Of a stretch of 64,000 nucleotides of DNA, positions 27,967-40,279 are shown piece by piece. The notes below the pieces were generated by a model. The model was given only the letters and a program-made list of their open reading frames with translations, was not told the DNA's origin and searched no databases. The DNA is taken from contig CAVYXA010000003.1 in NCBI GenBank assembly GCA_963772365.1, positions 704,001 through 768,000 of the forward strand, read 5' to 3'. This stretch comes from an uncultured Verrucomicrobiae bacterium (lineage in GTDB: Bacteria > Verrucomicrobiota > Verrucomicrobiia > Chthoniobacterales > UBA10450). Both the position numbers and the translations under genes were made by a program. Numbering within the stretch: position 1 is the first letter of the stretch; each line of letters starts with the position of its first letter.

Positions 27967-28002
27967 GGTGCGGATGACAAATCAATGACGAATGACGACG
28001 TA

Positions 28003-28120
28003 CGTTTTCGCGAAGCTTTCGGAGTGCGGTCGCGTCCTCGCGCCGCTTTTGCAAAATTAAATTTACGATGTGAAAGCGGTGCGAGGACGCCCCGCACTCC
28101 AAAGCACTTCGTGCGAAACG
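28003..28120. repeat. REPIN-like palindromic element, family A copy 1
   Basis: TTTCGCGAAGCTTTCGGAGTGCG...CGCACTCCAAAGCACTTCGTGCGAAA; similar to 41471-41601; flanked by ATGACGA-type heptamers. Confidence 0.85.
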
Positions 28121-28149
28121 AAAATTCCGATTTCGTCATTCGGGCTTCG

Positions 28150-29217
28150 TCATTCATTTTCGAACTGATCGGCCAATTGCCGCGTCGAGATTGCACACCA
28201 ATCTTCTTTGTCGCCCTCGGGCTGCGGATCGGTTTGCGCTGTCGCGATGGCTTCATCGACCTGGCGCGCGGCGTCTTCGCGCCATGATTTCAACGTCTCG
28301 GGATCAGCCAACTTCAGATCGAGAATTTTTTCCTCCGTTAATTTGACGCAATCTTGGGCGAACTTTTCGCGTTTGATTTCTTCGGTGACATATCTGGCAT
28401 CGTCATGTTCGCCATGGCCCGACAAACGCAAAATGGATGCGACGACCAGTTGCGGAGGACGCCCGGCACGAGCCCGTTGCACGGCGCTGCCGATCATATT
28501 CAGACATGCATTAAGGTCGGTACCATCGACAGTGCAGCCTTCAAAGCCGTAGCCAACGGCGCGCTCGACCAGATTTGCGCAGGCAAATTCGCGATCGTTC
28601 GGCGTCGAGTAGGCATAATGATTATTTGTCGCCACGACCACCAACGGCACCTGCTCCACGGCCGCGATGTTCATTCCTTCGTGGAATGAACCGGTTTGCA
28701 TTCCGCCTTCGCCGATGCTGGTGAGCCCAACGAAGTTTTTCTCGCCGCGGCCGCGTTTTGCCATGAGCGCGCCGACCATGACCGAGACCATCGAGCCAAG
28801 ATGACTGATCATCGCCAGCTGATTATTGCGCGGCCGGCCACGATGAATATTTCCATCGCGACCGCGCATCGGCCCGAGTCGCGAGCCGAGATAAGTCCGC
28901 GCAACATCGACAAGCGGTTCGCCAAACGCCGAGCGTCCGGCCTGGTCGCGAATCAACGGACCGAAAATGTCATTCTTTTCCAAAAACAATCCACACGCGA
29001 CGCTGACCGCTTCCTGGCCTTTTCCGATGTAAACGCCGCCTATGATCTGTCCGCCGCGGTAAAGGCTAACCAGCTTCTCCTCAAACACCCGCGTGAGCAG
29101 CATCCAGCGAAACGCTTCCAAAAACCGCGGATGGACCTGCGTCTTTTTCGGTGCGGATTTTACTGGCGCAGATTTGGTCGAAGTTTTTTTCCCTTTGCGC
29201 TGCGCCGTCTGAAGCAT
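28150..29217 (-). CDS. 2-oxoacid dehydrogenase E1 alpha
   Basis: GQEA, TPP motif variant GEG...NN, RLSGHGEHD. Confidence 0.93.
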   Translation of the reverse strand: MLQTAQRKGKKTSTKSAPVKSAPKKTQVHPRFLEAFRWMLLTRVFEEKLVSLYRGGQIIGGVYIGKGQEAVSVACGLFLEKNDIFGPLIRDQAGRSAFGEPLVDVARTYLGSRLGPMRGRDGNIHRGRPRNNQLAMISHLGSMVSVMVGALMAKRGRGEKNFVGLTSIGEGGMQTGSFHEGMNIAAVEQVPLVVVATNNHYAYSTPNDREFACANLVERAVGYGFEGCTVDGTDLNACLNMIGSAVQRARAGRPPQLVVASILRLSGHGEHDDARYVTEEIKREKFAQDCVKLTEEKILDLKLADPETLKSWREDAARQVDEAIATAQTDPQPEGDKEDWCAISTRQLADQFENE

Positions 29218-29363
29218 CCGCCAATTTTACGCAGGATCGACAATCGTGCGCAAAAATTGTTTCACCCCTTAGTTCGAAGGTGAAACGCGTTTTCCTCAAC
29301 GCGTCGGAGAAGAAAATGCGGCATCGCCCTACGTTAACATCGTCTTCGGAGAAGCCGATCCAC

Positions 29364-32300
29364 CTATCGGCCTGCTAAGGCGAGGTGCCGTTGGGTTGCA
29401 GTTTCGCCGTGACCGTTGCCGTTTCCATTTGAAGCTTGCTCGATGGCAACTTCACGCGGGCCGGTCAATTTCATCCCAACCAGTTTACTGACGCCTCGCT
29501 CTTCCATCGTCACGCCGTAAAGAATGTCGGCCTTGGCGATGGTGCGCTTGTTGTGGGTGATGATGATGAACTGGCTTTGCTCAACGAATCGATCGAGGAC
29601 ACGCACAAATCGATTGATGTTGCTCTCATCCAGCGGTGCGTCGATTTCATCGAGAATACAGAATGGACTCGGCCGGACCATGTAGATCGCAAAGAGCAAC
29701 GCCACCGCGGTCATGGCACGTTCGCCGCCGCTCAGCAGTGAGACGGCCTGCAATTGTTTCCCGGGCGGTTTCGCACTGATCTCGATTCCGCAATTGAGCG
29801 GATCGTTTTCGTCCATGAGTGACAGATCAGCCCTGCCGCCGCCGAAAAGTTCGGCAAACATTTCACGGAAATTCAGCCGGACCTGGGCGAACGTCTCCGC
29901 GAATAATTTTCGCGTTGTCGAATTGATCTTCGCAATGACATCAAGCAATTCGCGGCGCGAATTTGTGAGATCATTGTTTTGCGTTTCGAGAAACTTGTAA
30001 CGTTCCTCAAGCTCATCGTACTCCTGCACGGCCTCTAAATTGACCGGACCCATTTCGTCGAGACGTCGAGTCATCTCCGCAATCACAGTTTCAACTCCAG
30101 AGAGATCGACATCCGCGTTCCTTTCTGCCTTCAGTTGAACGCGCAATGTTTTTTCAAACGCCGCGTCATCCGTCACAAAACTGCGGAGATCGGTTTGGTA
30201 ACGCCGCTGCACACGTTCGACCAGATTGTCGATCTTCATCTGCAACTGCGATTCCCGCACCTGTTGCTGCGCCCTCTGATCGTGCAAGTCATTCAAGCCA
30301 TTTCGAACAGTTCGCAAATTCGTCTCCGTTTCGGTGGTCACGTTCAATTGCTGCGTCCTTTGCTCCACCAATGCAGTAATTGATTCTTCCAACCTCGTTC
30401 GCTGTTCAGTGTGACCTTCAATCTCTGCTTCGGCAGTCTTCGATTCGCCGGCTTGCGCGCTCAACCGTGTTTCGAAATCGGTAATCTCGGCCTTTCGCGT
30501 TGCGATCGTCTCGGCCAGTTCCGTTTCGCGATCGATCATCGGCTGACGTTGAGCAATGAGATTGTCGTGACGCTGCCGTTCCGTCGCCAACGCGAGGCGA
30601 AGATCGTTCAGCTTCGTGTTGGATACCTCTTCGCGCCTGATTAAGTCATCGCATGATGCCTGCGCTTCATTTTTCTGCGCCTCGTTCCCGGCCAGCGTTG
30701 TGCGTTCTGAATCTAATTCTTCTTCCAAATCCCTGACGCGCTGGTCCGCCGCCTCAAGTTGCTGGGCAAGAGTGTTCCGATCCGAGTTTAGATCCTCTAT
30801 CTTTCGTCGAACTTCATCTAATTCCCGCTCCAGAAACTGGATTCGATTTTCCGAAATGGATTGCTCCCGACCGGCGTTTTCAAAGTGAGTGCGCGCCTTT
30901 TCGAAAGCGCTGGTGGCCTTTTCCAAACGCAGCTTTGACTCGTCCTGCTTTTGCCTCAGCACCTCGCGTTGTTTGGTGAGAACGGAATATTCCGCCGTCA
31001 GAATGGAGATCCGCGATTTCCGCTCGAGCAACGAATCCGAAGTTGCATCGGCGCTGCCGCCGAAGACAACGCCATCGGCAGAAATGAATTCCCCCGCCAG
31101 CGTGGCGGCGGCCAGATCATCATTCTGTTTTTTCCATGCCAAAGCATGATTGAGGTCATCGCACAGAGCGACATTGTGCAGCAAGCGCTTACAAAACGGT
31201 GCCAGATCATCCGGCGCCTTCACATGGTCCGTTGCCCAGCCCAGCGAGTTCGCTGGCAGCCTTCCTGGTTTTGTGCCGTTTCCGTTGTCGAACTTCGAAA
31301 TGACCAATGCAGCCTGCCCTAGTTTATTCTTGGTTAACTTGGAGATGATCTCGGGAGCAAGGGCTGGATCATCTAAAACAATCGCGTGCAAATTACGGCC
31401 CAAAGCCGCTTCAATCGCGCGCACAAATTTCGGATCGACATCTAATTTTGATACCAATGCGCCCGCCACTGCGGGTTTAATTCGGGCCGGCTCGTCGAGC
31501 CCTTTCAGCACCTCCTGCGAACCTTTGGCCAAACCTTCGCCTTCTTCGTTTAACTGACGCAGAACTTCCAGGCGCGATTCCTTTTCGGTGAGCGCGCGAT
31601 CAAGCACAACGAGACTCGCTTCCGCATCGGCTAGGAGCTGCTGATGTTGCTGCAACGTTTCCTCGCGCGTCTTTGTTTCTGTCTTTAGAAGATCGACATT
31701 TTCCTGCGACTTCGCGATCGCTGCCCGAGCGGTGGCGATTTCTTTTTCAACGCGCATCCGGTTCTTGGTTGCTTCGGAAATGGCGGATTCGAGGTCGCTA
31801 CCATTTTCTCGAGTTGTCTCCCGGCGGATGGTGATGCCAGAAAGCTCATGTTCGAGCTCTTTGATTCGATTCTCGCCTCTCGAAAGCTCCGCGTCGATTT
31901 TCTCGATCTTCGCTCTAACCGCGGATCGCTCCGCTCGAATCTGTGAAATCGCTTCTGTAAGCTCGCCAAGTTCCAACTCCTTCGTCTTAAGAAGTTGGGT
32001 GGTCTTTGCGATCAGCGCGGTAGCCTGTTCGAGTTCCTTGCTTTGTTGACTTCGTTTGGCTTCGGCCGCTCCAATGTCTTTTCGGGCGCGCTCAATCAGT
32101 TCAGCCAATTCGACCGCGCGCTGCCGGTTAAATTCGATTCGACTGCGGTTTGTGCCGATTTCGCTCTGCAATTGCTGAAGTTCGGAGCGTCCGTCCGCAA
32201 TCTTGAGATCAATATCATCCAAGGTATGACGTTGCTCGCCAAGCGCGGTCTCGCCTACATCAATCTTGTTGCGCGCGGTGGCTTCGGATTCCTCCAGACG

Positions 32301-33047
32301 CGTAATTTGCGCGCGACAAGCGGCCAGGTCGTTCTCCAGTGATCCCAGTTGCTTTCGAGAGTGATGAGTGTCGAGCGTTCGCAAGTCCGCGTGCAGCGAC
32401 TGATAACGCCGCGCCTTGCCGGCCTGGCGTTGCAGCGAACCGATCTGGCGTTTCACTTCCTTGATGATGTCGCTCACACGAAGCAAATTCGCTTCAGTCG
32501 CTTCGAGTTTACGGAGTGCTTCGCGTTTCTGCGTTTTGTATTTTGTAATTCCGGCCGCTTCTTCAAACACCGCGCGACGATCTTCCGGACGCGAGCTCAA
32601 GATCATGTCGATCTTTCCCTGCTCCATCATCGAGTAGGCCGCGCGCGCCACACCTGTATCGGCGAACAGACTTTGGATATCGCGCAAACGGCACGCAGTC
32701 TTGTTCAGGAAATATTCGGAGTTGCCATCGCGATAAACGCGGCGGGTTACGCGGATTTCGTTCCAATCGACATCAAGTTCTTGCGCGCAATCGGAAAAGG
32801 TGACTGACACTTCAGCGAATCCGACAGGCTTGCGATTATCGGTTCCGTTGAAAATGACGTCAGCCATTTCGCCGCCGCGAAGCGACTTGGCAGATTGCTC
32901 GCCCAAGACCCATTTGATGGCGTCGAGGACGTTGGATTTTCCGCAGCCGTTCGGTCCAACAATGGCGGTAACGCCCTCGTGGAAATTGAAAGTGGTTTTG
33001 TCGGCGAACGACTTGAAGCCGAACAACTCAAGCGAGTGTAAATGCAT
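29364..33047 (-). CDS. smc: Chromosome segregation protein SMC
   Basis: GFKSF, GPNGCGKSN, coiled coils and hinge, LSGGE, LDEIDAPLD. Confidence 0.98.
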   Translation of the reverse strand: MHLHSLELFGFKSFADKTTFNFHEGVTAIVGPNGCGKSNVLDAIKWVLGEQSAKSLRGGEMADVIFNGTDNRKPVGFAEVSVTFSDCAQELDVDWNEIRVTRRVYRDGNSEYFLNKTACRLRDIQSLFADTGVARAAYSMMEQGKIDMILSSRPEDRRAVFEEAAGITKYKTQKREALRKLEATEANLLRVSDIIKEVKRQIGSLQRQAGKARRYQSLHADLRTLDTHHSRKQLGSLENDLAACRAQITRLEESEATARNKIDVGETALGEQRHTLDDIDLKIADGRSELQQLQSEIGTNRSRIEFNRQRAVELAELIERARKDIGAAEAKRSQQSKELEQATALIAKTTQLLKTKELELGELTEAISQIRAERSAVRAKIEKIDAELSRGENRIKELEHELSGITIRRETTRENGSDLESAISEATKNRMRVEKEIATARAAIAKSQENVDLLKTETKTREETLQQHQQLLADAEASLVVLDRALTEKESRLEVLRQLNEEGEGLAKGSQEVLKGLDEPARIKPAVAGALVSKLDVDPKFVRAIEAALGRNLHAIVLDDPALAPEIISKLTKNKLGQAALVISKFDNGNGTKPGRLPANSLGWATDHVKAPDDLAPFCKRLLHNVALCDDLNHALAWKKQNDDLAAATLAGEFISADGVVFGGSADATSDSLLERKSRISILTAEYSVLTKQREVLRQKQDESKLRLEKATSAFEKARTHFENAGREQSISENRIQFLERELDEVRRKIEDLNSDRNTLAQQLEAADQRVRDLEEELDSERTTLAGNEAQKNEAQASCDDLIRREEVSNTKLNDLRLALATERQRHDNLIAQRQPMIDRETELAETIATRKAEITDFETRLSAQAGESKTAEAEIEGHTEQRTRLEESITALVEQRTQQLNVTTETETNLRTVRNGLNDLHDQRAQQQVRESQLQMKIDNLVERVQRRYQTDLRSFVTDDAAFEKTLRVQLKAERNADVDLSGVETVIAEMTRRLDEMGPVNLEAVQEYDELEERYKFLETQNNDLTNSRRELLDVIAKINSTTRKLFAETFAQVRLNFREMFAELFGGGRADLSLMDENDPLNCGIEISAKPPGKQLQAVSLLSGGERAMTAVALLFAIYMVRPSPFCILDEIDAPLDESNINRFVRVLDRFVEQSQFIIITHNKRTIAKADILYGVTMEERGVSKLVGMKLTGPREVAIEQASNGNGNGHGETATQRHLALAGR

Positions 33048-33062
33048 TTGGGGGGCAGCGAA

Positions 33063-33091
33063 AATCTATTCTCGCAGCCTTGGAAGGTCAA
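33063..33091 (-). promoter_or_regulatory. Sigma70-like promoter of smc, TTGACC-N17-TAGATT
   Basis: Near-consensus boxes at 17-nt spacing just upstream of the smc ATG. Confidence 0.6.
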
Positions 33092-33201
33092 TATAGAGGT
33101 GAATTCGGGGTTACAAGCTTAAAATTATACAATTTGGAGTGGTCAGGGTGCCAACCAACCGCAGGATATTGGGGTGGGCGGGCGATCCCGAGTTAGCTGC
33201 C

Positions 33202-34527
33202 TCAAACCGATCCTCTATTAAAGGTCACCGCGATCCGGCGAACAAAGAATAGTAAGGAGGCGATCCCAAGACATCCGCCGGTGAACAGGAATTCCTTCAC
33301 CGTCGCGTTCGACAAAATCCAAACAATGACGGCGATCGCCAAAACCGGAATCAATGTCACGCCGGGAAATTCAAATGGCTTGCCATCGGTGCGAACGTCG
33401 CGCCGCTTCAACTCCAAAGCAGCCAGGCAACAAAGAATGTAGAGCAGAAGCACGGCCATGTTTGAGAGCACCGCCAATTCCTGAAATGTGGACCAGAACG
33501 AAAGTCCAAATGCGGTCACCGCATAGGCCGCGATGGCGACATCGGGCGTGCGAAACTGCGGATGGATATGCGCAAACCATTTCGGCAAAACGCCGTCACG
33601 TCCGAAGGCAAAGACTATTCGAGGTGAGCTCAGGATATCGCTAGTCACAAAGCCGAATGCGGAAATCGCCATGCCTGCGAGCATGATTGTCCGACCGGCA
33701 TTGCCGAGAAATCGCGAAGCCGCTTCGGCCAGGGCGGTATCACCAAATTTTCCCAATTCGTTGCCGAGAACACCGAGCCCGACGAGTTGGATCAAAATAT
33801 AAAGCAAAGTCGTTATGCCAAGCGCGGTGAAGATTGCTCTGGGCACCGTGCGCGCAGGATTTTTGACTTCACCGCTCGGCATCAGTGCGACTTCCACGCC
33901 GACGAAAGCGAAGATCAGTTGCAAAACACTGCGACCCAACAGATCGCCGTGGGGCCAGCCAGGCCAGGAGAGCGCCTGCGGATGAATGAAGAAAAGACCT
34001 GCCGCGATAAAGATCACCAGTGGCGCAAGCTTGATGACTGTGATCGTTTCGACTGCTTTGGCACCGGCGCGGACACCGCGAATGTTGATCGCGCCTAGAA
34101 ACAGCAGGATCGACAAGATCGTGATGACATGACCAACTCGTGTGGCCAGGATCGGAATGAGACTGCCCACTGAGCTGGCAATGAGCGTAACAATTCCGGA
34201 AACCGCAAGAATGGCGGTCAGAAAATAAAGCACACCGCCCAAAAACCCGACGTACCGACCGAAGGCCACTTCGACATAGGAATAAAGTCCGCCGGTGAGG
34301 GAGACGCGGCTTCCCGCCATGGCGAACGAAGTGACGAACAAACACATGGCCAGAGCGCAAATGACGTAGGCAAGCGGCGCGGCCGCGCCAATTTGAAACG
34401 CGACAACGGCCGGCAAGGCAAAAATGCCCGCGCCAACGGTCGAGTTGACAATATTGGCAGTTAGCCCGGGAACGCCGATGGCCCGTATTAAACCCGATTC
34501 TTCTTTCAGTGCCGGCGGCGTGGGCAT
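33202..34527 (-). CDS. APC family amino acid permease
   Basis: GAGIFALP, GGLYSYV, FAFVGVE, EVKNPARTVPRA. Confidence 0.92.
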   Translation of the reverse strand: MPTPPALKEESGLIRAIGVPGLTANIVNSTVGAGIFALPAVVAFQIGAAAPLAYVICALAMCLFVTSFAMAGSRVSLTGGLYSYVEVAFGRYVGFLGGVLYFLTAILAVSGIVTLIASSVGSLIPILATRVGHVITILSILLFLGAINIRGVRAGAKAVETITVIKLAPLVIFIAAGLFFIHPQALSWPGWPHGDLLGRSVLQLIFAFVGVEVALMPSGEVKNPARTVPRAIFTALGITTLLYILIQLVGLGVLGNELGKFGDTALAEAASRFLGNAGRTIMLAGMAISAFGFVTSDILSSPRIVFAFGRDGVLPKWFAHIHPQFRTPDVAIAAYAVTAFGLSFWSTFQELAVLSNMAVLLLYILCCLAALELKRRDVRTDGKPFEFPGVTLIPVLAIAVIVWILSNATVKEFLFTGGCLGIASLLFFVRRIAVTFNRGSV

Positions 34528-34594
34528 TCGCGCAGGTTGGGTGAGAAACGCCGAAGGTTCAACGCCCAACTTCCAGCACTTGAATCTCCTGACC

Positions 34595-34690
34595 TGTCAT
34601 TCTGAGCAAAGCGAAGAATCTCCAATCATTCTGCCCAAGCGCCCCCGGAGAAAATTAGAATGGAGATGTTTCGCTCTGCTCAGCATGACA
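34595..34690. repeat. REP-like element, family B copy 1
   Basis: TGTCATTCTGAGCAAAGCGAAGAATCT...AGATGTTTCGCTCTGCTCAGCATGACA inverted ends. Confidence 0.85.
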
Positions 34691-34747
34691 CGATAGCAAG
34701 CGGGTTGGACGTTGAACGATTCGGTTTCTTCCTCCATGCTTGACTCC

Positions 34748-36082
34748 ATGGAGCAAAAGTATCTCGAAGATTTGTACTCGTTTCTGAGGTTTCCCAGTGT
34801 TTCAACAGACGACAAATTCGCCGGCAACCTGCGGGATTGTGCGCAATGGCTATCGCAAAAGCTCGAACGCATCGGGTTGGAGTCAAAAGTCGTTCCCACT
34901 GCCGGACATCCCGTCGTCTGGGCGCGCAACAAACATCGACAAGACCGGCGCAGTGTTCTGATCTACGGCCACTATGATGTGCAGCCGCCCGACCCGCTGG
35001 AGCTGTGGGATTCCCCGCCGTTCGAGCCGGTCTTGAAGGACGGATACGTCTTTGCCCGCGGCTCGACCGACAACAAAGGTCAGATCCTCGCGCACATTCT
35101 CGGCATTCAGGAAGAGATCGAAAAAAAGGGTGACCTGCCGGTGAATGTCGATCTTGTCGTTGAAGGCGAAGAGGAAGTCGGCAGCACGAATCTGCCCAAA
35201 TTCCTGAAGGAAAATCGCGACAACCTGAAGTGCGATGTCGTTGTTGTGTCGGACACGGGAATGATTGCGAAGGGAACGCCAACGATGAGTTACGGATTGC
35301 GCGGCGTTGTGGGGCTGGAGCTCAAAGTCACCGGCCCAAAAATCGATTTGCATTCCGGTATTTACGGAGGAGCAGTGGCGAATCCGTTAGCGGCGATGTC
35401 GAAGTTGCTGGCGAGCGTGCACGATAAAGACGGCCACATCATGATTGCCGGTTTTTATGATGACGTGCAGCCGCTGGAAAAATGGGAACGCGAAATGTGG
35501 AGCAAACTCCCCGTTGATGCCGACAAGCTCGTGTTACAGGAAAGCGGCTCACCCGAGCTATTCGGCGAAAAAGGTTTCAGCACGTTCGAACGAATCTGGG
35601 CGCGGCCGACAGCTGAGATCAATGGCTTCGGCGGGGGGTATCAGGGCCAGGGCACGAAGACGGTGTTGCCGAGTTACGCTTTTGCCAAGCTAACCTTCCG
35701 GTTGGTGCCGAACCAAAAAGGCGACGCGATTGTCGATCTTGCTAAAAAACATTTTCAGAAAAATCTGCCGCCGGGAGTGACTCTCAAGTCCATCAGCGGC
35801 CATTCCGGTCCGTGGTATTTGACCGATCCGAACAGCGAATTCGGGAAAGCAGCACAGCGGGCGCTCAAAAAATCATTCAATCACGACGTCGCGCTAATCC
35901 GCGAGGGCGGCAGCATCCCGATCGTGTCCGATTTTCGAAACATTCTCGGCGCTGAGACGTTGTTATGCGGCCTGGCTTTGCCGGATTGCCGAGCCCATTC
36001 GCCCAATGAAAACTTTCCGCTGGAAAATCTGGAAGGCGGCATTCGAATGAACAAAGCCTTGTTGCAAGAGTTGGCAGGCTAA
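34748..36082 (+). CDS. M20 family dipeptidase (ArgE/DapE-like)
   Basis: YGHYDVQP, ARGSTDNKGQ, EGEEE, DLHSG, HSPNE. Confidence 0.93.
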   Translation: MEQKYLEDLYSFLRFPSVSTDDKFAGNLRDCAQWLSQKLERIGLESKVVPTAGHPVVWARNKHRQDRRSVLIYGHYDVQPPDPLELWDSPPFEPVLKDGYVFARGSTDNKGQILAHILGIQEEIEKKGDLPVNVDLVVEGEEEVGSTNLPKFLKENRDNLKCDVVVVSDTGMIAKGTPTMSYGLRGVVGLELKVTGPKIDLHSGIYGGAVANPLAAMSKLLASVHDKDGHIMIAGFYDDVQPLEKWEREMWSKLPVDADKLVLQESGSPELFGEKGFSTFERIWARPTAEINGFGGGYQGQGTKTVLPSYAFAKLTFRLVPNQKGDAIVDLAKKHFQKNLPPGVTLKSISGHSGPWYLTDPNSEFGKAAQRALKKSFNHDVALIREGGSIPIVSDFRNILGAETLLCGLALPDCRAHSPNENFPLENLEGGIRMNKALLQELAG

Positions 36083-36100
36083 GCGGCTGCGCTCGATTAA

Positions 36101-36203
36101 TGTCATTCTGATCCGTCAGCCGCAGGAGAAGAATCTCTGGCCATTTGTAGGCTGACCGCGTCAAATTAATAGCTGGAGATGTTTCGCTTCACTCAACATG
36201 ACA
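36101..36203. repeat. REP-like element, family B copy 2
   Basis: TGTCATTCTGA...GAAGAATCT...AGATGTTTCGCTTCACTCAACATGACA. Confidence 0.85.
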
Positions 36204-37201
36204 GGTGGTTGATTTTCGCGTTAATCGGCATCTGTCTTTTCGCGCCTGCGAGTCAGTCAGCCGAACAATCGTTAGGCGACAAGATCAAGAAATTTTTCGC
36301 TCCATCGCCGACCCCGACTCCGCACAAGAAGCGGAAGACAACATCGACAAGGAAAAAATCCTCACCTTCTTCCAAGGCGAAGTCGAAAAGTTCCCCGACA
36401 CCCTCTGCGTCGCCAAAACGTCATAAGAAGAGTTCGCCCAAGCCCACTCCGGAAGAAAGCGCAACGCCTTCGGCGAAAAAGAAAAAGCACAAGGCTTCGC
36501 CAACGCCATCAGGAACGGAAATTCCATCGCCGGCCCCAAGTGAAACTCCGACACCGTCCCCACATGAAACGGCCGGCGCGGAGGAAGGGTCGCGACCAAC
36601 GCCCACGGTTACAGAAACGCCTAAGAAAGAGCGGGCGCCGGTTTCGATTCCTCCAGAGCAAATCATCGGATACCAGGATTACCCAGCCCAGGTGAAGAAG
36701 GTGGTCGGTCTCGCGTTGGACCTGGCGGGTCGCGGGCTCGATTACAAATATGGATCAGCCGATCCGGATAGTGGCGGCATGGATTGCTCCGGCTTTGTTT
36801 ATTACGTGCTCACACAGACGGGTGTAGCGGATGTGCCCCGCGATTCGGCGGGGCAATATGCGTGGGTCCGGAAGTCGGGAAATTTCGAAGCAGTCATCAG
36901 CCACAAGGAAGACACATTCGAGCTGAACAATCTCAAGGCGGGCGATCTGCTTTTCTGGACTGGAACTTATGAAATCGATCGCGATCCGCCGATCACTCAC
37001 GCGATGATTTATCTAGGTCGGGAAAAGAATACCAAGAAACGGATCATGATCGGGGCCAGTGATGGCAGAACTTACCATGGCAAATCTCGTTATGGCGTAA
37101 GCGTGTTCGATTTCAAAATTACGCCGCCAGAGAAAACAAAGGAAGGTCGCTTAACCCCGACTTTTGTCGGTTACGGCCACGTGCCGGGATTAAGCGAATG
37201 A
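36179..37201 (+). CDS. NlpC/P60 (C40) cell-wall peptidase with K/S/P/T-rich linker
   Basis: Signal peptide, YKYGS...GMDCSG, GDLLFW, ITHAMIY. Confidence 0.9.
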   Translation: MFRFTQHDRWLIFALIGICLFAPASQSAEQSLGDKIKKFFAPSPTPTPHKKRKTTSTRKKSSPSSKAKSKSSPTPSASPKRHKKSSPKPTPEESATPSAKKKKHKASPTPSGTEIPSPAPSETPTPSPHETAGAEEGSRPTPTVTETPKKERAPVSIPPEQIIGYQDYPAQVKKVVGLALDLAGRGLDYKYGSADPDSGGMDCSGFVYYVLTQTGVADVPRDSAGQYAWVRKSGNFEAVISHKEDTFELNNLKAGDLLFWTGTYEIDRDPPITHAMIYLGREKNTKKRIMIGASDGRTYHGKSRYGVSVFDFKITPPEKTKEGRLTPTFVGYGHVPGLSE

Positions 37202-37298
37202 TCATCCGATGGGTCGATCTAACCCCGGGAAATGATTGTCTATTCTTTACACGTTGAAGAGGCGCACCGATACAAGCAAGCAGAGGAAGCTGACTAAG

Positions 37299-37387
37299 TA
37301 TCCCGTCGGCGACGCGTTGAGTCGTCACCGTGGTTTCTTTAAATGTGATGCTCATCGCATCGCATTCTTCGTCGTAGCTGATTTCAT
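37299..37387 (-). pseudogene. Truncated DUF2283-family remnant
   Basis: Adding one A after ATGAAA gives MKISYDEECDAMSITFKETTVTTQRVADGI; similarity stops there. Confidence 0.6.
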
Positions 37388-37398
37388 AGGACGTTGCT

Positions 37399-37605
37399 CT
37401 ACAAATTTTTGAACTCTTCTTCGCTTAATCTTGCCTGTTTCAGAATAGTCCGAAAAGTGCCACTCGGGACATCTTTCGTGTGCATCGCCACGTACGTTTG
37501 GCGGCCATCGGGGTGGCGCAATACAACATGCGATCCTGATTGCCGCTTCACGACGAAGCCGGCGCGTTGCAGCCGAGCCAGTACCTCACGCGCTTTGTAG
37601 GGCAC
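37399..37605 (-). CDS. hicA: HicA family toxin (mRNA interferase)
   Basis: [25 protein letters not shown]...[10 protein letters not shown]. Confidence 0.92.
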   Translation of the reverse strand: MPYKAREVLARLQRAGFVVKRQSGSHVVLRHPDGRQTYVAMHTKDVPSGTFRTILKQARLSEEEFKNL

Positions 37606-37834
37606 TTTCGGAAATCTCGATGGTTGAGAAAAAGAACTCCGACGGCAGTTCTATTGATTCGCCTGCAGCTTTCTTTTCCGCCAGCCAAAGCTTCACCAAA
37701 TCTTCTGCCGCCGCGCGCGCGCCTTCGATCCCCTCGCCGTGCGTCGTTAAGCCCAAGGCCGGCACATGGGCATAATAAAAACCGGAGGGGAACTCGCCAT
37801 TTTCGATTTTCTCAAAGAGGATTCCGTACGTCAT
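37586..37834 (-). CDS. hicB: HicB family antitoxin (short, no DNA-binding domain evident)
   Basis: [26 protein letters not shown]...W...GESI. Confidence 0.88.
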   Translation of the reverse strand: MTYGILFEKIENGEFPSGFYYAHVPALGLTTHGEGIEGARAAAEDLVKLWLAEKKAAGESIELPSEFFFSTIEISESALQSA

Positions 37835-37943
37835 CGCACTATTTTATACCACTTCGATTGTTCTGTCGCGAATTTGAGGGCGGCAGCTGCAGTCGCCTCT
37901 GTGTGTCGTGTAAAAATCGATAGCAGTGACTAAGCTGTGACGC

Positions 37944-38498
37944 TCACAAGCCTCCAATTGGTGTTCCGTCGAGCGATAGTCCTAAACTTCTCCATAACCT
38001 CGTCACTAATTTACCTACGGTTACATCCCAGTCTTCTGACCAATAGAAGACCGGATCCATCTGCTCCCAACCACGCGCGATTGGATAGCGTCCCTGATAA
38101 CGCGCGACATCCGATAGTCTTGTGAGGATATGTCGCTCCGAACCTTTTAGTACCATTTCGGCATCATCACAAATCGCGGGCAAATTATGCCATTGTGGTT
38201 TCTTCTTCTTTTCGCAAGGCAATCCCGTATATCTGCCCTGATTTATTAAAGTATTTCCTTTGCTCAACCAAACTGCCTTCAGTAGGGCTTCTAATGCGAA
38301 AGCGGTAAGCAAGCGCTCTACTCCATCTGTTCTCATCGCCAGTGACACTGTTTGGACCGGTGTAGACGACCCAAGCACACGCTCCGTTTCCTTTTGGCGC
38401 TCCTGGCTCAAGATCATGCTTGCCCCGAAGAGACTAGAAGCAGATGCGGCCCAGTTGGCAGGATTGTTACCGATCTGCGTAAACCAAGTACTCGACAT
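37944..38498 (-). CDS. HEPN-like domain protein
   Basis: FALEALLKA, WHNLPAI and GRYP spaced as in HEPN helical bundles. Confidence 0.55.
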   Translation of the reverse strand: MSSTWFTQIGNNPANWAASASSLFGASMILSQERQKETERVLGSSTPVQTVSLAMRTDGVERLLTAFALEALLKAVWLSKGNTLINQGRYTGLPCEKKKKPQWHNLPAICDDAEMVLKGSERHILTRLSDVARYQGRYPIARGWEQMDPVFYWSEDWDVTVGKLVTRLWRSLGLSLDGTPIGGL

Positions 38499-38587
38499 AA
38501 TGAAACCGCCGTCTCTTTTGATCCTCGGTGCCTTTTTTGTGCCGTCTCTCACATCAGTCGCGGTTCGCAGTTTCGCCGCTGTACTGC

Positions 38588-40279
<1,692 letters not shown>

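Noticed and set aside
33159..33175. NrdR-box-like sequence upstream of smc
   Set aside because: Weak match and no clear tandem copy.
36300..36625. Low-complexity repeats in the NlpC/P60 gene
   Set aside because: An ordinary K/S/P/T-rich protein linker with no exact DNA periodicity.
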